In this document: positions 1-10,583 of the stretch, in pieces | Position numbering within the stretch: position 1 is the stretch's first letter | How the letters are laid out: the number at the start of each line of letters is the position of its first letter | Assembly (NCBI GenBank): GCA_965223435.1 | Contig: CBDCWQ010000023.1 | Span: 930,607-994,606 of the forward strand | DNA from: Myxococcota bacterium | GTDB taxonomy: Bacteria > Myxococcota > Kuafuiibacteriia > Kuafuiibacteriales > Kuafuiibacteriaceae | Length of the DNA stretch: 64,000 nucleotides | Direction of reading: 5' to 3' | Notes under the pieces: model-generated | Database searches by the model: none | What the model was told of the DNA's origin: nothing | Seen by the model: the letters and a program-made list of their open reading frames with translations, nothing else | Made by a program: the position numbers and the translations under genes

Positions 1-1821
1 GTCGTTGCCATCGTATCCTATTTTTTGGGAAGATCGATTCTTGTCGAGCCTCATCCAAAGGCCGGTGACGATGGAACTCATGGCCATGCGACTGGCTCCG
101 CAGTTAAAATCTGGACCTGTGCGATGCACCCCCAGATCCGGCGAGGCGATCCAGGGGTGTGTCCCATCTGTGCCATGGATTTGGTCCCCGTTCGCGCTGG
201 CGCGGAAGACAGGCCTGCGTCACCCGAGCGCGTGGCGCTCTCCGAGCGGGCCAAGGTGCGGGCTCGTATCCAAACAACTCCGGTGCGGCGCCTCACCGGT
301 GGGGCGATTGAACGACGATTGCTTGGTCGAGTCGACTACGACGAAACGACGCTCCGCACGGTCACTGCCTGGGTGGGCGGACGGATCGACCGTTTACGCG
401 TGCGCGTGACCGGTGAGCGGGTATCTTCCGGACAGAAAATCGCCACCTTGTACAGTCCAGAGGTTTATAGCGCCCACCAGGACTTGATCTCTGCGAGGCA
501 GCAGCTTCAGCAGCTTTTTGCCGCTGCTACAACGGATGCACAGCGTGCCGCCCGAGTTGCGTTTGGGGCAGCACGAGATCGACTGCGACTTCTCGGCGTT
601 CCGGAACGAGAATTGAAATCGATGGAACAAAAGAAGCGCCCGTCCGAACAAGTCGTGATTCGGACGCCGTTTGGCGGAACAGTCATCGAACGGCTTGCCA
701 CCGAAGGCAACTATGTCCAGACGGGGGCGGGCCTGTACCGCATTGCGGATCTTTCACAGCTTTGGGTACAGCTGGATGCGTACGAAAGCGATCTTCCATT
801 TTTGGGCATTGGCCAGAGGGTCACGCTGACCGTCGAAGCGCTTCCAGAGGAGCAGTTCCCCGGGCGCATCACCTTCGTGGACCCCGTCGTCAATCAACGG
901 ACCCGGACAACTCGGGTCCGCATCGAAGTGAAGAATCGCCAACGACGTCTGAGGCCCGGAATGTTCGCGGAGGCCACCGTTCAGGGGGCATCACCAAGCG
1001 ATGCACCTGACCGATTGGTCATTCCCCGAAGCGCGCCGCTGTTCACTGGCCGTCGCTCGGTGGTTTACGTTGAGGTTCCAGGCGCGAAGCGACCCACCTA
1101 CGACGCGCGTGTGGTTCGGCTTGGAACGAGAATGGGCGATGCCTATCCAGTGGTTGCTGGTCTTTCAGAGGGTGAACGGGTCGTTACCCATGGCGCGTTT
1201 GCGCTCGATGCAGACCTTCAAATCCAGGGCGGTTCGTCCATGATGACGATGCCCGACGATCGCCAAGTCGGATCCTACGGTCGAGTCGTTCAAGTGTCCG
1301 ATGAACAGCAAGCACACTTGGCCCAGGTCGTTGAGCGGTACCTCGCCATGCACGAGGCCTTTGCTGGTGACAGGCTTAAGGACGCCAAGAAGGCGAACGC
1401 CGCGCTGGTGAAGAGCCTCGCGAAAGTTGTCGGCAATTCAGGCTCCGCCTTTCAGGGCGCATGGGCACCCATTGCCCGTCATTTGGGGACTCATGCGATG
1501 CACATCAAACATGCAAAAGGACTCGCCGAGGCGCGGGTGGGCTTTCGCGAGCTCTCCCGTCAAGTGGCCACGGTGCTCAGGGTCTTTGGCAACCCCACCA
1601 AAGATGTTTTGCGCCTGGCGTTCTGTCCGATGGCGTTGAACAATGAGGGTGCGGAGTGGGTTCAGCGTTCGGATCACATTCAAAACCCATACTTTGGAGC
1701 GTCGATGCACAGCTGTGGTGCCATTCATAGCACCGTGGAATACGGGACATACCTTCCGGAAAAACCGGAAGCATCAAAGAAGTCACGCCGCGCGACACGT
1801 GTACGAGGACACCAGCATTGA
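1..1821 (+). CDS. cusB: CusB-like RND efflux periplasmic adaptor, 5' partial. N-terminal CxxC metal-binding module and C-terminal DUF3347-like helical domain.
   Basis: Frame is open from base 1, so the gene runs off the window; the ORF tool starts at a TTG at 25. The motif 'CAMHPQIRRGDPGVCPICAMDL' matches the HMBD of CusB/SilB. Membrane-fusion-protein barrel/hairpin pattern follows. The stop overlaps the cusA start. Confidence 0.8.
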   Translation, partial: VVAIVSYFLGRSILVEPHPKAGDDGTHGHATGSAVKIWTCAMHPQIRRGDPGVCPICAMDLVPVRAGAEDRPASPERVALSERAKVRARIQTTPVRRLTGGAIERRLLGRVDYDETTLRTVTAWVGGRIDRLRVRVTGERVSSGQKIATLYSPEVYSAHQDLISARQQLQQLFAAATTDAQRAARVAFGAARDRLRLLGVPERELKSMEQKKRPSEQVVIRTPFGGTVIERLATEGNYVQTGAGLYRIADLSQLWVQLDAYESDLPFLGIGQRVTLTVEALPEEQFPGRITFVDPVVNQRTRTTRVRIEVKNRQRRLRPGMFAEATVQGASPSDAPDRLVIPRSAPLFTGRRSVVYVEVPGAKRPTYDARVVRLGTRMGDAYPVVAGLSEGERVVTHGAFALDADLQIQGGSSMMTMPDDRQVGSYGRVVQVSDEQQAHLAQVVERYLAMHEAFAGDRLKDAKKANAALVKSLAKVVGNSGSAFQGAWAPIARHLGTHAMHIKHAKGLAEARVGFRELSRQVATVLRVFGNPTKDVLRLAFCPMALNNEGAEWVQRSDHIQNPYFGASMHSCGAIHSTVEYGTYLPEKPEASKKSRRATRVRGHQH

Positions 1822-4800
1822 GCCCCAACGAAGCACCTCAAGAACCGCGCGTGCTTTCCTTTGGGTGGGAGCGGTTCATCATATTTTTTGTAGAAAACAA
1901 GCTCGTGGTATTCGTTGTCATTGGTTTGCTCTTGGGGGCGGGCCTTTACGTTTTGCCGTTTGACTGGGACCTTGGCATTCCTCAGGACAATGTGCCTGTC
2001 GATGCCCTTCCGGACATGGGTGAGACTCAGCAGATCGTTTTTACCGAATGGCCCGGCCGCTCCCCGCGGGATGTCGAGGACCAGTTAAGCTATCCCCTCA
2101 CCGCAGCCCTGCTGGGAATTCCGGGTGTCCGAACGGTCCGGAGCTCGTCGATGTTCGGGTTTTCTACGATCTACCTCATCTTTGAAGATGGCATTGACTT
2201 CTATTGGTCGCGCTCACGAGTGCTTGAAAAGCTTGCCTCCTTGCCGGCAGGTACTTTGCCGGATGGCACATCGCCGGCGCTTGGTCCCGATGCCACCGCC
2301 CTCGGACAAGTCTTTTGGTACACCCTGGATGGCCTCGATACCGACGGCAATCTTGTCGGGGGCTGGGACCTCCATGAACTTCGCAGCATTCAGGATTGGA
2401 CGGTCCGGTATGCGCTTCAGGCGGTGCCTGGCGTATCTGAAGTCGCATCCGTAGGTGGATATGTTCGAGAGTATCAGGTGGACGTAGATCCGGAAGCGAT
2501 GGTGGCCCACCAGGTCAGTCTCGATCACGTCGTGCACGCGGTGCGCAGCTCCAATCTCGATGTGGGCGCCCGAACTCTTGAGATCAACAGCGCTGAATAC
2601 CTCGTGCGCGGCCTTGGATTCATCGAAAATGTAAAAGACCTCGAAGAGACGGTCATCACTACGCGGGAGCATATACCGATTCGCGTTCGCGACATCGCCC
2701 GAGTGACACTGGGCCCCGCCGGGCGAAGGGGGGCCCTCGACGACGCTGGTGCACAGGCTGTGGGGGGCGTTGTGGTGGTGCGTTATGGCGACAATCCCAT
2801 GGCGGTCATCGAGCGCATCAAGTCGAAAATCAAGACAATCGCGCCCGGGCTGCCGCGACGAACGCTGAAGAACGGAACCGTCAGCCAGGTCTCCATTGTG
2901 CCCTTTTACGACCGCACGACCCTGATCAGGGAAACACTCGGTACCCTGTCCGCCGCTTTGCTGCAGCAGATCTTGGTGACGATCATCGTGGTGCTTATCA
3001 TGCTTCGAAATCTGAGGAGTTCCCTTTTGATCTCTGGGGTTCTTCCACTGGCCGTGTTGGCGGCGTTTGTGGCGATGAAATGGACCGGGGTTGACGCCAA
3101 CATCATGGCGCTGGCCGGAATCGCAATCGCCATCGGCACCATGGTAGACATGGCGATTGTCTTCACCGAGAACATTGTCGAACACTTGCGAAAAGCGCCA
3201 AATGACGCGGACCGAGGTCGCATTGCGGCGCATGCGGCGGCTGAAGTCGCGCCGGCCGTTTTCACGTCGGTCTTGACCACGGTGGCAAGTTTTTTGCCTG
3301 TGTTTGCGCTTACGGCAGGCGAGGGGAAGCTTTTTACCCCACTGGCGGTCACGAAGTCCTTCGCAATGCTTGGGGCACTCCTCATCTCCTTTGTGGCTCT
3401 TCCCCCGTTTGCCCATATTCTTTTTGGCCGCGTGCCGAATCCTCCGCCCGAGATCAACAAGGGCCTTTCAAAGAAGATCCTCCGCTCGGTGATGCGTCTT
3501 GTCCATGTGCACCATTGGGTCCTCATCGGGCTTGGCATGTTTCTTACTCAATGGACCGCGTTCGGCCTCCTTGCGGTGATGTTCGGTGTGTTTCGCCTCG
3601 CCGAGCCACTGCTCAACGCGAAACATCGATGTTGGCTCAGCGGGGCCGAAAATGGGGTTGCCGTCGTCATGGTCATTTGGCTTCTGACCCGCGATTGGAT
3701 GCCGCTTGGGATGGATCGAAACCAGTTCATCAACTTCATCTTTGTGGCGGGAAGCATCGCTGGACTATTGAGTCTGTTTGTTCTCTTTCAGAGGATATAT
3801 GGGCCCATCTTGGTTTGGGGTCTCCGGCACAAGGTGTGGGCTCTGACTCCTCCCCTGTTGGCTCTGACCTTTGGCTTGACCGCTTGGCTCAGTTTTGACC
3901 GCGTATTCGGATGGCTGCCGCAAATCATCCGAACTTGGGCGCCTGTGGCCATGGCTGCGCAGGCGTTCCCGGGATTCGGTCGGGAGTTCATGCCCCCGTT
4001 TGACGAAGGTTCCTTCCTCTATATGCCGACCACCATGCCGCATGCATCCTTAGGGCAGGCCCTGGATATGCTCTCGGATCTCGACGCAGCCATCGAAGCC
4101 ATTCCCGAGGTGGAACGGGCGGTGGGGAAACTTGGGCGCGCAGAGAGCCCACTCGACCCCGCGCCCATTTCTATGTTTGAAACCATGATCACCTACAAAC
4201 CGGAGTACCGGATCAACGAGCAAGGCGAGCGTATCCGGCAGTGGAGACCGCATGTCAGGTCACCTGACGATATCTGGGACGAGATCGTAGGCGCTGCCGC
4301 GGCGCCGGGATTGACCGCCGCGCCTATGCTTATGCCGATCAATGCCCGCATCGTGATGCTCCAAAGCGGGATGCGGGCCCCGATGGGTATCAAAGTATAC
4401 GGCCCGAGCCTGAAAACCATTGAGGCTTTCGGTCTCCAGCTCGAAGAACTTCTCAAAGAGGTGCCCTCAGTTCGTGCCGAGACCGTCTTTGCGGATCGGG
4501 TTGTGGGGAAACCGTATCTAGAGATCGATATCGACCGAGAGGCCATTGGCCGTTATGGTCTCACGATCCGCCGGGTTCAAGATGTCATCCAAGTCGCGGT
4601 CGGTGGCCGGATACTCACCCGAACGGTGGAGGGTCGTGAACGCTACCCGGTTCGAGTGAGGTATATGCGCGAAGAAAGAGACAGCGTTGAAGCGCTTCGT
4701 CGTGTGTTTGTTCCCACGCCAGGTGGTGAGCAAATCCCCCTCGAACAGCTGGCTCAGTTCCGATATGTACGGGGTCCGCAAATCATCAAATCGGAAGACA

Positions 4801-5567
4801 CGCTCCTGATGAGCTATGTCCTATTCGATCGAAAGCCAGAGGTGGCCGAGGTTGAAGCCGTTGAGGAGGCACGCGCCTATCTGAACAAAGCCATCAAACG
4901 CGGACGGTTGGAAGTACCCGCGGGCGTAAGTTACAAGTTCTCGGGCAGTTACGAAAACCAAGTCCGAAGTGAAAACAAACTGTTGATTTTGGTTCCTTTG
5001 GCTTTATCCCTGGTCTTCTTGTTTCTTTATCTGCAGTTCCGGCGGGTGTCGACGACCCTGATCATCTACTCCGGGGTGGCCATCTCGGTGGCTGGCGGCT
5101 TTTCCTTCATGTGGCTTTACGGGCGCCCCTGGTTTTTGGGCTTCGAGCTCTTCGGCGTCGACGTGCGGAGGTTGTTCCAGGTGGGCACCGTCAATCTTTC
5201 GGTCGCAGTTTGGGTTGGTTTCATCGCCCTTTTGGGCATCGCTACCGATGTGGGCGTTGTGATGGCGACTTACCTCGCCCAGCGATTTCGCGCCCGGCCG
5301 CCTCGGACCATTGAGGAGGTTCACAGATGGGTGCTCGAAGCGGGGCAACGCCGGGTTCGTCCTTGTCTTATGACGACCGCAACAACCGCACTCGCTTTGC
5401 TCCCTATCATCACTTCACAGGGTCGAGGCTCAGACATGATGATGCCCATGGCTCTCCCCTCGATCGGAGGAATGGGAACGATTCTCCTTACGATGTTTAC
5501 AGTGCCCATTCTGTTCGCTTGGGTAGAAGAGTCTAGACTGCGCAACAAGGGGCAGAACCCGGCATGA
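1818..5567 (+). CDS. cusA: CusA/CzcA-family heavy-metal efflux RND permease (1249 aa).
   Basis: Length, 12-TM architecture and the typical HME-RND N-terminus. Overlaps cusB by 4 bp (ATGA-type coupling). Confidence 0.9.
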   Translation: MSPNEAPQEPRVLSFGWERFIIFFVENKLVVFVVIGLLLGAGLYVLPFDWDLGIPQDNVPVDALPDMGETQQIVFTEWPGRSPRDVEDQLSYPLTAALLGIPGVRTVRSSSMFGFSTIYLIFEDGIDFYWSRSRVLEKLASLPAGTLPDGTSPALGPDATALGQVFWYTLDGLDTDGNLVGGWDLHELRSIQDWTVRYALQAVPGVSEVASVGGYVREYQVDVDPEAMVAHQVSLDHVVHAVRSSNLDVGARTLEINSAEYLVRGLGFIENVKDLEETVITTREHIPIRVRDIARVTLGPAGRRGALDDAGAQAVGGVVVVRYGDNPMAVIERIKSKIKTIAPGLPRRTLKNGTVSQVSIVPFYDRTTLIRETLGTLSAALLQQILVTIIVVLIMLRNLRSSLLISGVLPLAVLAAFVAMKWTGVDANIMALAGIAIAIGTMVDMAIVFTENIVEHLRKAPNDADRGRIAAHAAAEVAPAVFTSVLTTVASFLPVFALTAGEGKLFTPLAVTKSFAMLGALLISFVALPPFAHILFGRVPNPPPEINKGLSKKILRSVMRLVHVHHWVLIGLGMFLTQWTAFGLLAVMFGVFRLAEPLLNAKHRCWLSGAENGVAVVMVIWLLTRDWMPLGMDRNQFINFIFVAGSIAGLLSLFVLFQRIYGPILVWGLRHKVWALTPPLLALTFGLTAWLSFDRVFGWLPQIIRTWAPVAMAAQAFPGFGREFMPPFDEGSFLYMPTTMPHASLGQALDMLSDLDAAIEAIPEVERAVGKLGRAESPLDPAPISMFETMITYKPEYRINEQGERIRQWRPHVRSPDDIWDEIVGAAAAPGLTAAPMLMPINARIVMLQSGMRAPMGIKVYGPSLKTIEAFGLQLEELLKEVPSVRAETVFADRVVGKPYLEIDIDREAIGRYGLTIRRVQDVIQVAVGGRILTRTVEGRERYPVRVRYMREERDSVEALRRVFVPTPGGEQIPLEQLAQFRYVRGPQIIKSEDTLLMSYVLFDRKPEVAEVEAVEEARAYLNKAIKRGRLEVPAGVSYKFSGSYENQVRSENKLLILVPLALSLVFLFLYLQFRRVSTTLIIYSGVAISVAGGFSFMWLYGRPWFLGFELFGVDVRRLFQVGTVNLSVAVWVGFIALLGIATDVGVVMATYLAQRFRARPPRTIEEVHRWVLEAGQRRVRPCLMTTATTALALLPIITSQGRGSDMMMPMALPSIGGMGTILLTMFTVPILFAWVEESRLRNKGQNPA

Positions 5568-6076
5568 CACTCTCAGGATTTTCGGATAGGGGAAAGGAGA
5601 TGATGCTGAGTCCCAGGATGCTTCGATGGCTGCTGAATTGGTATCCGCCTTACATCGGTGCAGGCGTCAAGGTTACCCACATTTCGGATGACTGGCGACG
5701 CCTCGATGTCCGAATGTCCCTTCGTTTTTACAACCGGAATGTGGTGGGCACCCACTTTGGTGGGAGTCTTTACTCCATGGTTGATCCGCACGTGATGCTG
5801 TTGCTCATACAATGTCTTGGGAAGGGCTACGTCGTGTGGGACAGCTGGGCAGCCATAGAGTTCCTCAAGCCCGGGCGCGGCACTGTCAAGGCAAGCTTCG
5901 AGATTACCGATGCGATGCTGGACGAGATTCGCCACCATACCCAAGGAGGCGACAAGTATTTCCCAGAACTTGAGGTTTCGATCTTGGATTCCGTGGGGGA
6001 CGTGGTCGCACGGGTCAGCAAGCGAATTTACGTCCGCCGCAAGCGAGATCGCCCGAACTCCGGCACCGGTTCTTAA
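5564..6076 (+). CDS. Hot-dog/thioesterase-fold protein (DUF4442/YiiD_C-like), 4-bp overlap with the cusA stop.
   Basis: 170 aa. Motif block 'VVGTHFGGSLYSMVDPHVMLLL' resembles the PaaI-like fold. The family assignment is a recollection, not a search result. Confidence 0.45.
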   Translation: MTLSGFSDRGKEMMLSPRMLRWLLNWYPPYIGAGVKVTHISDDWRRLDVRMSLRFYNRNVVGTHFGGSLYSMVDPHVMLLLIQCLGKGYVVWDSWAAIEFLKPGRGTVKASFEITDAMLDEIRHHTQGGDKYFPELEVSILDSVGDVVARVSKRIYVRRKRDRPNSGTGS

Positions 6077-6441
6077 AAGCCCCTGGCGCCTTTGGATCGC
6101 CGCCTGGCGAGCACGCGTCATCCTCCCCCAGTTGCAGCATGGCACCAATACCATCGAGAAACTGTTGCCGCGGCACGCCGGTCATCATGTCCACGAGCGT
6201 TTCGGCATCGACCCCGACTGGGTTGTGGATCGGCGTGTCCGATGTGGCACATTCGAAGACCCTCTCTGCGACAAATCTGAGGATCTTGCCGGGTGCCGTG
6301 AGGGTTTACGGTCTGACGAATCCATCGCATCCGACGACCTTGAAAAAGTAATAAACATTCAGCGTCCGGGTTCCGCAGAGATTGAGTATCTTCTTCCGCG
6401 GGACCCAATACGGCCCATCCATCGCCGTCACCCACCTCTGA

Positions 6442-8952
6442 TTAAAAGTTATAGAAATGGATGCTCCCATCCTTCAAGTTGAGGCCCACTTCGCTACGAG
6501 AACCGCCATAGGCGACCGTTCCGGTCGACCATCGCGGGCTTCCTACAAATTCTGGGGTACTCCAAATTCCTCCTCGATATCGCGAAAGATAGACATCACC
6601 GTACACCAGATTGATGGTATCCACAGGCTTGAAGAGGATCTGAATTTCATCGGGTAGTACGATGAGACCATTTAAACCTTTTACCCGCTCGGTGTATTGC
6701 TCAAAGACGATAAACCGCTTGGATCTATCCAAATCGATCTCGACGATACTGACATACGCCCCTTTGATAAATGGTGAGGTAGAGAAAATCTGGTCGTACT
6801 CATTTTGATATGCGAGTAAAAGTGTATTTCTATGGGGATCGGGAACCGCAACAAGTGCCGGAGCTTCTCCCTCGGGCCCTAAATCTCCATCTGTATCTTG
6901 AGAAATAAATTGGCTGTCGATCCAGTCAAGCTGAAGCCCATCTGATGTTTCAGTAAGATGTAGCGCCCAAATTGTGCTGAAACTGTCGGCCTTACTAAAA
7001 CACCAAATGCTATCATCGGTTGGATGTTGCGCCAACGTTAAACGATGGAGTGAATTGGGCAAATAATCTATTTGTATTGGTGAAAGTTCCTGCCAGTTTC
7101 CCTGTGGACTGCGGTACACAATAAATAGTTCTGCAAAACGATCATCCAAAGTTCCATTGTATTCATGATGGCGATACCACGTAGCAACAAGTCCGCCACT
7201 CTTTAGCTTGATCATGGAGCTTGCTACGCTTCGATCATCACCGAAAAATTTCTCAGAAGCGAGCGCCGCGGTTGTCGGAAAGGGGTCGCCGCTTAGCTGG
7301 TATCTTCGCGCAACCGCGGGCGCCCCGTCGATCGAGGAAAAAAAGCCGCCGTTGCTAGAAAAGACCCAGAGTGTATTGCGCGAAGCCAGAATATACTGCG
7401 CATTGAATATCATATCATCATCCAAACCTGGCAGGTAGATACGAGACTCATGACCTTGCCCATCTTTCATGTATAGCCATTTCTTTGTTGTCGTTGATTC
7501 AACGTAGATAAGAGCGGTCACGTCTTCATACTCAGCCATACGCCCCTTGGCCTTAATGCTGCTTATCGGACCAAGCCGACCAAAGCTAGTCACGAGGATG
7601 TCGTTGGGATGGGTGTTGATATCAACCCATGTCGACACCGGTTCCGAGGTGCTGCGGTTGCCCTCAGCGTCCTGGGCTACCGCTGTCCATGTATGTGCAC
7701 CGTTGTCGCCCGCATTGAAGTTCCAGGCGTATTCATGGGGTGCCGAAGCATCTGTATGAAGCAGGACGCCGTCCAAATAGAAGGCCACCGAACGCACCCC
7801 TACGTTGTCTGTGGCCGAGGCCTCAACGGTCACGCTTCCTGACTCGGCGTAGGTGACCCCGCTGGACGGATTCACGATCGTCACCGTGGGGGAAGTCGTA
7901 TCTCGATTTTCGACGGCCACAGTGACGGATACGGGCTCGGAGCTTTGGCGATTCCCCGCCGCATCTTGGGCAATCGCCGTATAGATATAGGTCCCGTTGT
8001 CCTTTTCATCCACCGCCCACGAAAACTCGTAGGGCGCACTCAGATCTGTGAACACCAGCGATGAACCTCGGAAGAATTCTACGTGGGTTACATTCCTATC
8101 GTCCTCTGCCGCGGCTAAAAACACCACAGTTTGCGCTTGGCTGTAGACCGTATCCATGGCGGGGCTGACCAGTCTGACCGACGGGGGAATCGTGTCCACA
8201 GGTTCGGGTGGCGGTATCGATAGCTCGACGATCACGACTTCCGACGAGCTTCGGTTGCCCGAGGTGTCGGTGGCTTCTGCCCGAAGGCGGTGGGCGCCAT
8301 TGTCATTGATATCGAATGTCCAGTCATAGGAAAATGGGGCCTCGATATCGGTAAATACGGGCACCTCGTCTAAAAAGAACACCACCGCATCTATACCGAT
8401 GTCGTCGGTAGCGGAAGCCGTTATTTGCACGGTGTCTTCGATCCCAAACGTCGTACCACTCAGGGGACCCGTGATGGCAACGATAGGGGGCGTGACATCG
8501 GGGGGAGCAACCACCTCAGCTTCACAGGTTGTCAACAAAGATTCGTTGTTGCGTTGGACGTACATCAAGTTGAAGGTCGCTGGCCCCAAACTTGTTACGA
8601 CCTGTGGACTGGAGGCGATCAGGCGACCGCTTCGATCCGCCATTGTTGTCCAAGAAAAGGTCTGATCGACGGCCTTTGCATCGATTCGGACATCTAGTGA
8701 TCTACCGAGCTCAGTGGCCTGTAACGAAAAGGCCTCGCCTGAGACGATCGGATTTGGTGTTATCGAGCACTTGGCTTTGGTCCTTTTTAAGGTATCGATT
8801 TGTGTGCTGTCCCCGACAAGATTGGAGCCGACTTGGCTGTCCCCAGTACACGCAAAGAAAGCAATAGAGCTCAAAACCGACCAGACGCCGATTGTGTTTC
8901 TGGTGACGCAGCCAAATACCATATTCACCCCTTTAGGGTTGGTCACTCGCAA
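6442..8952 (-). CDS. Large lipoprotein with about four tandem bacterial Ig-like repeats (~90 aa each) and a ~350-aa C-terminal domain of unknown type. Likely true start is the internal Met at 8922 ('MVFGCVTRNTIGVWSVLSSIAFFAC', a lipobox signal).
   Basis: The repeat pattern D..G...V.F.......TD...P..Y.W.......NG.H...A.A.D..GN..S recurs four times. Signal peptide with a 'FFAC' lipobox. The DNA looks less GC-rich than the neighbouring genes. Confidence 0.7.
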   Translation of the reverse strand: MRVTNPKGVNMVFGCVTRNTIGVWSVLSSIAFFACTGDSQVGSNLVGDSTQIDTLKRTKAKCSITPNPIVSGEAFSLQATELGRSLDVRIDAKAVDQTFSWTTMADRSGRLIASSPQVVTSLGPATFNLMYVQRNNESLLTTCEAEVVAPPDVTPPIVAITGPLSGTTFGIEDTVQITASATDDIGIDAVVFFLDEVPVFTDIEAPFSYDWTFDINDNGAHRLRAEATDTSGNRSSSEVVIVELSIPPPEPVDTIPPSVRLVSPAMDTVYSQAQTVVFLAAAEDDRNVTHVEFFRGSSLVFTDLSAPYEFSWAVDEKDNGTYIYTAIAQDAAGNRQSSEPVSVTVAVENRDTTSPTVTIVNPSSGVTYAESGSVTVEASATDNVGVRSVAFYLDGVLLHTDASAPHEYAWNFNAGDNGAHTWTAVAQDAEGNRSTSEPVSTWVDINTHPNDILVTSFGRLGPISSIKAKGRMAEYEDVTALIYVESTTTKKWLYMKDGQGHESRIYLPGLDDDMIFNAQYILASRNTLWVFSSNGGFFSSIDGAPAVARRYQLSGDPFPTTAALASEKFFGDDRSVASSMIKLKSGGLVATWYRHHEYNGTLDDRFAELFIVYRSPQGNWQELSPIQIDYLPNSLHRLTLAQHPTDDSIWCFSKADSFSTIWALHLTETSDGLQLDWIDSQFISQDTDGDLGPEGEAPALVAVPDPHRNTLLLAYQNEYDQIFSTSPFIKGAYVSIVEIDLDRSKRFIVFEQYTERVKGLNGLIVLPDEIQILFKPVDTINLVYGDVYLSRYRGGIWSTPEFVGSPRWSTGTVAYGGSRSEVGLNLKDGSIHFYNF

Positions 8953-8963
8953 ATATTATTCCA
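8949..8963 (-). promoter_or_regulatory. Weak sigma-54 promoter candidate on the minus strand (TGGAAT-N5-TTGC) in front of the Ig-like lipoprotein gene.
   Basis: The GG and GC dinucleotides sit at the exact -24/-12 spacing, with two core mismatches. A GGGG Shine-Dalgarno lies 6-9 nt before the 8922 ATG. Confidence 0.25.
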
Positions 8964-9047
8964 GTTGTGGCTACCCAATGCGTGAACGAAGGTTTCGTTG
9001 CTCCATAATGAGATTGTCAATCATTTCAACTAGATCACGATGGAGCT

Positions 9048-9750
9048 CTAGCTCGATCCGCAACGGATTTGCTTTTGACCCACACTATATGCATGAGGAG
9101 TCGAGACTCCACCTGTGCACTCTCCTACGCACCGAGATCTGAAAGCACGTTCAAAAAGGGGCTCTTGTGTCGAGTGCTCCCGAACGTAGTTCAAATACAA
9201 ATGCATTTGTCCCGCATCAGCGTGTGTGAATTTACCCAGCTCTAAGTCGATGGCCACCATGCATCGAAGGCGCCGGTGGAGAAGAGGAGGTCTACCCGAA
9301 ACCATTGGTCTCCAACCCGTAGGCGTTTTTGGCGGCCGACGAAAGTAAAGTCGCCGCCCAGTTTCGAGCAAGAAACTTTCGAGGTGAAGAATGAGCGCTT
9401 CCTCAAGATCCGTTTCAGAATATTCGTGTTTGAGGTTAAGAAAGTCTTCTCTACATCCAAATGAATGCGCGTCACGGAAACCGAAAAGTCATAGCGGACC
9501 CGAGGCTCACTCAAGGTCTGGACAACCGTCTCATCGACCAGATTTTCGAGAAGATGGGCGGGCAGATGGAGCGCTTCCTCTGCGGGCGACACGAAGCTGC
9601 TGTTCATCAGCGTCTCGGTCGAAGATTGGAGGGCCGGCGATTCTTCTCCATCGCCGCGTTCTAAATGCTCGACAAGCAGCTCGACACTTGCCGCTGATTT
9701 AGCCTTGGCCTCTTCGGAAAGCTCAATTTCTTCTACTGGGACGTCCATGG
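9048..9750 (-). pseudogene. YhcG-like (DUF1016, PDDEXK nuclease) 3' fragment, frameshifted. Paralogous to the intact copy at 58563-59840.
   Basis: 'GGDFTFVGRQKRLRVGDQWFRVDLLF' and 'LELGKFTHADAGQMHLYLNYVREH' occur in two different frames. About 80% nucleotide identity to 58800-58930. Confidence 0.55.
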
Positions 9751-10583
9751 AAACCTCTTGCGGTCGTTCTGACGACGTAGCCACCTTGGCTAGCTTTTTC
9801 TCTATTTTCTCGGCTTTGGTCTCATGTCTGTGCTGCAAGTCTGTGTACCGAGCGGCCAAGGCACGACTTCGATCTCGTTGCTGTAAGAGTCGTTCGCGCG
9901 GCTCGGAGAACACGCATTTCGAAGAGGAGACCAAACCTTGGAGAGGGTCACCACTCTTACGCTTTTCACTCGATGGGATGATGCCCAGCGCTCGACCGAG
10001 CTCCCGAGTATAGGTGCGATATTTCTGGGACGACCCTTGCCCCGACGGTATCCTTAGGCCAAAGATATCCGACGGGCACCGGCATGCGTAGCTCACCACG
10101 TTGTGCTTTCGCCTGAGCTGCGTCCAGAAGCCGACGCCTCAATACCGTTAGCTCGAACTCACTCATTGTACCCTTAAGTCCGAGAAGCAGTCGGTCATTG
10201 GGCATCTTCGGATCGTAGATGCCATCGGTGTCAATAACACGCGCGTCAACAAGAGCACACAACTCCACGAGATGATGCCAGTCGCGCCCATTGCGAGCCA
10301 AACGCGAGGCCTCAAGACAGAATACGGCACCGACTACACCTTCGCAGATCTGGCCAACCAAACTCCGAAAACCTGGACGTTCCACGGTGCCACTCGCCGT
10401 GACGCCGAGGTCGTCATCAATGATAGCAACGTCTTTGAAGCCATAGCTCTTGGCTAGGTCTGAAAGCTCATACTGCCGGCGCTGGCTTTCAAGGTTCTCA
10501 GTCACCTGCATACCGGTTGACTGTCTTACATATACAATCGCTCGACGTTGAATGACACTACCAGGAATCTCACAAGGCCTCAT
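9750..10583 (-). pseudogene. Large serine recombinase, frameshifted at about 10000 and truncated. Catalytic domain is intact; the recombinase-domain start continues in a second frame.
   Basis: N-terminus 'AIVYVRQSTGMQ' is the catalytic Ser motif. 'ISHLYSGARS' then 'YRTYTRELGRALGIIPS' (the IARELN..GIPTP motif) appears in the overlapping frame of ORF 9242-10099. Confidence 0.6.

Noticed and set aside
2214-3416. 400-aa ORF on the minus strand inside cusA
   Set aside because: Antisense to a well-supported RND permease. Arg/His-rich low-complexity translation typical of high-GC antisense frames.
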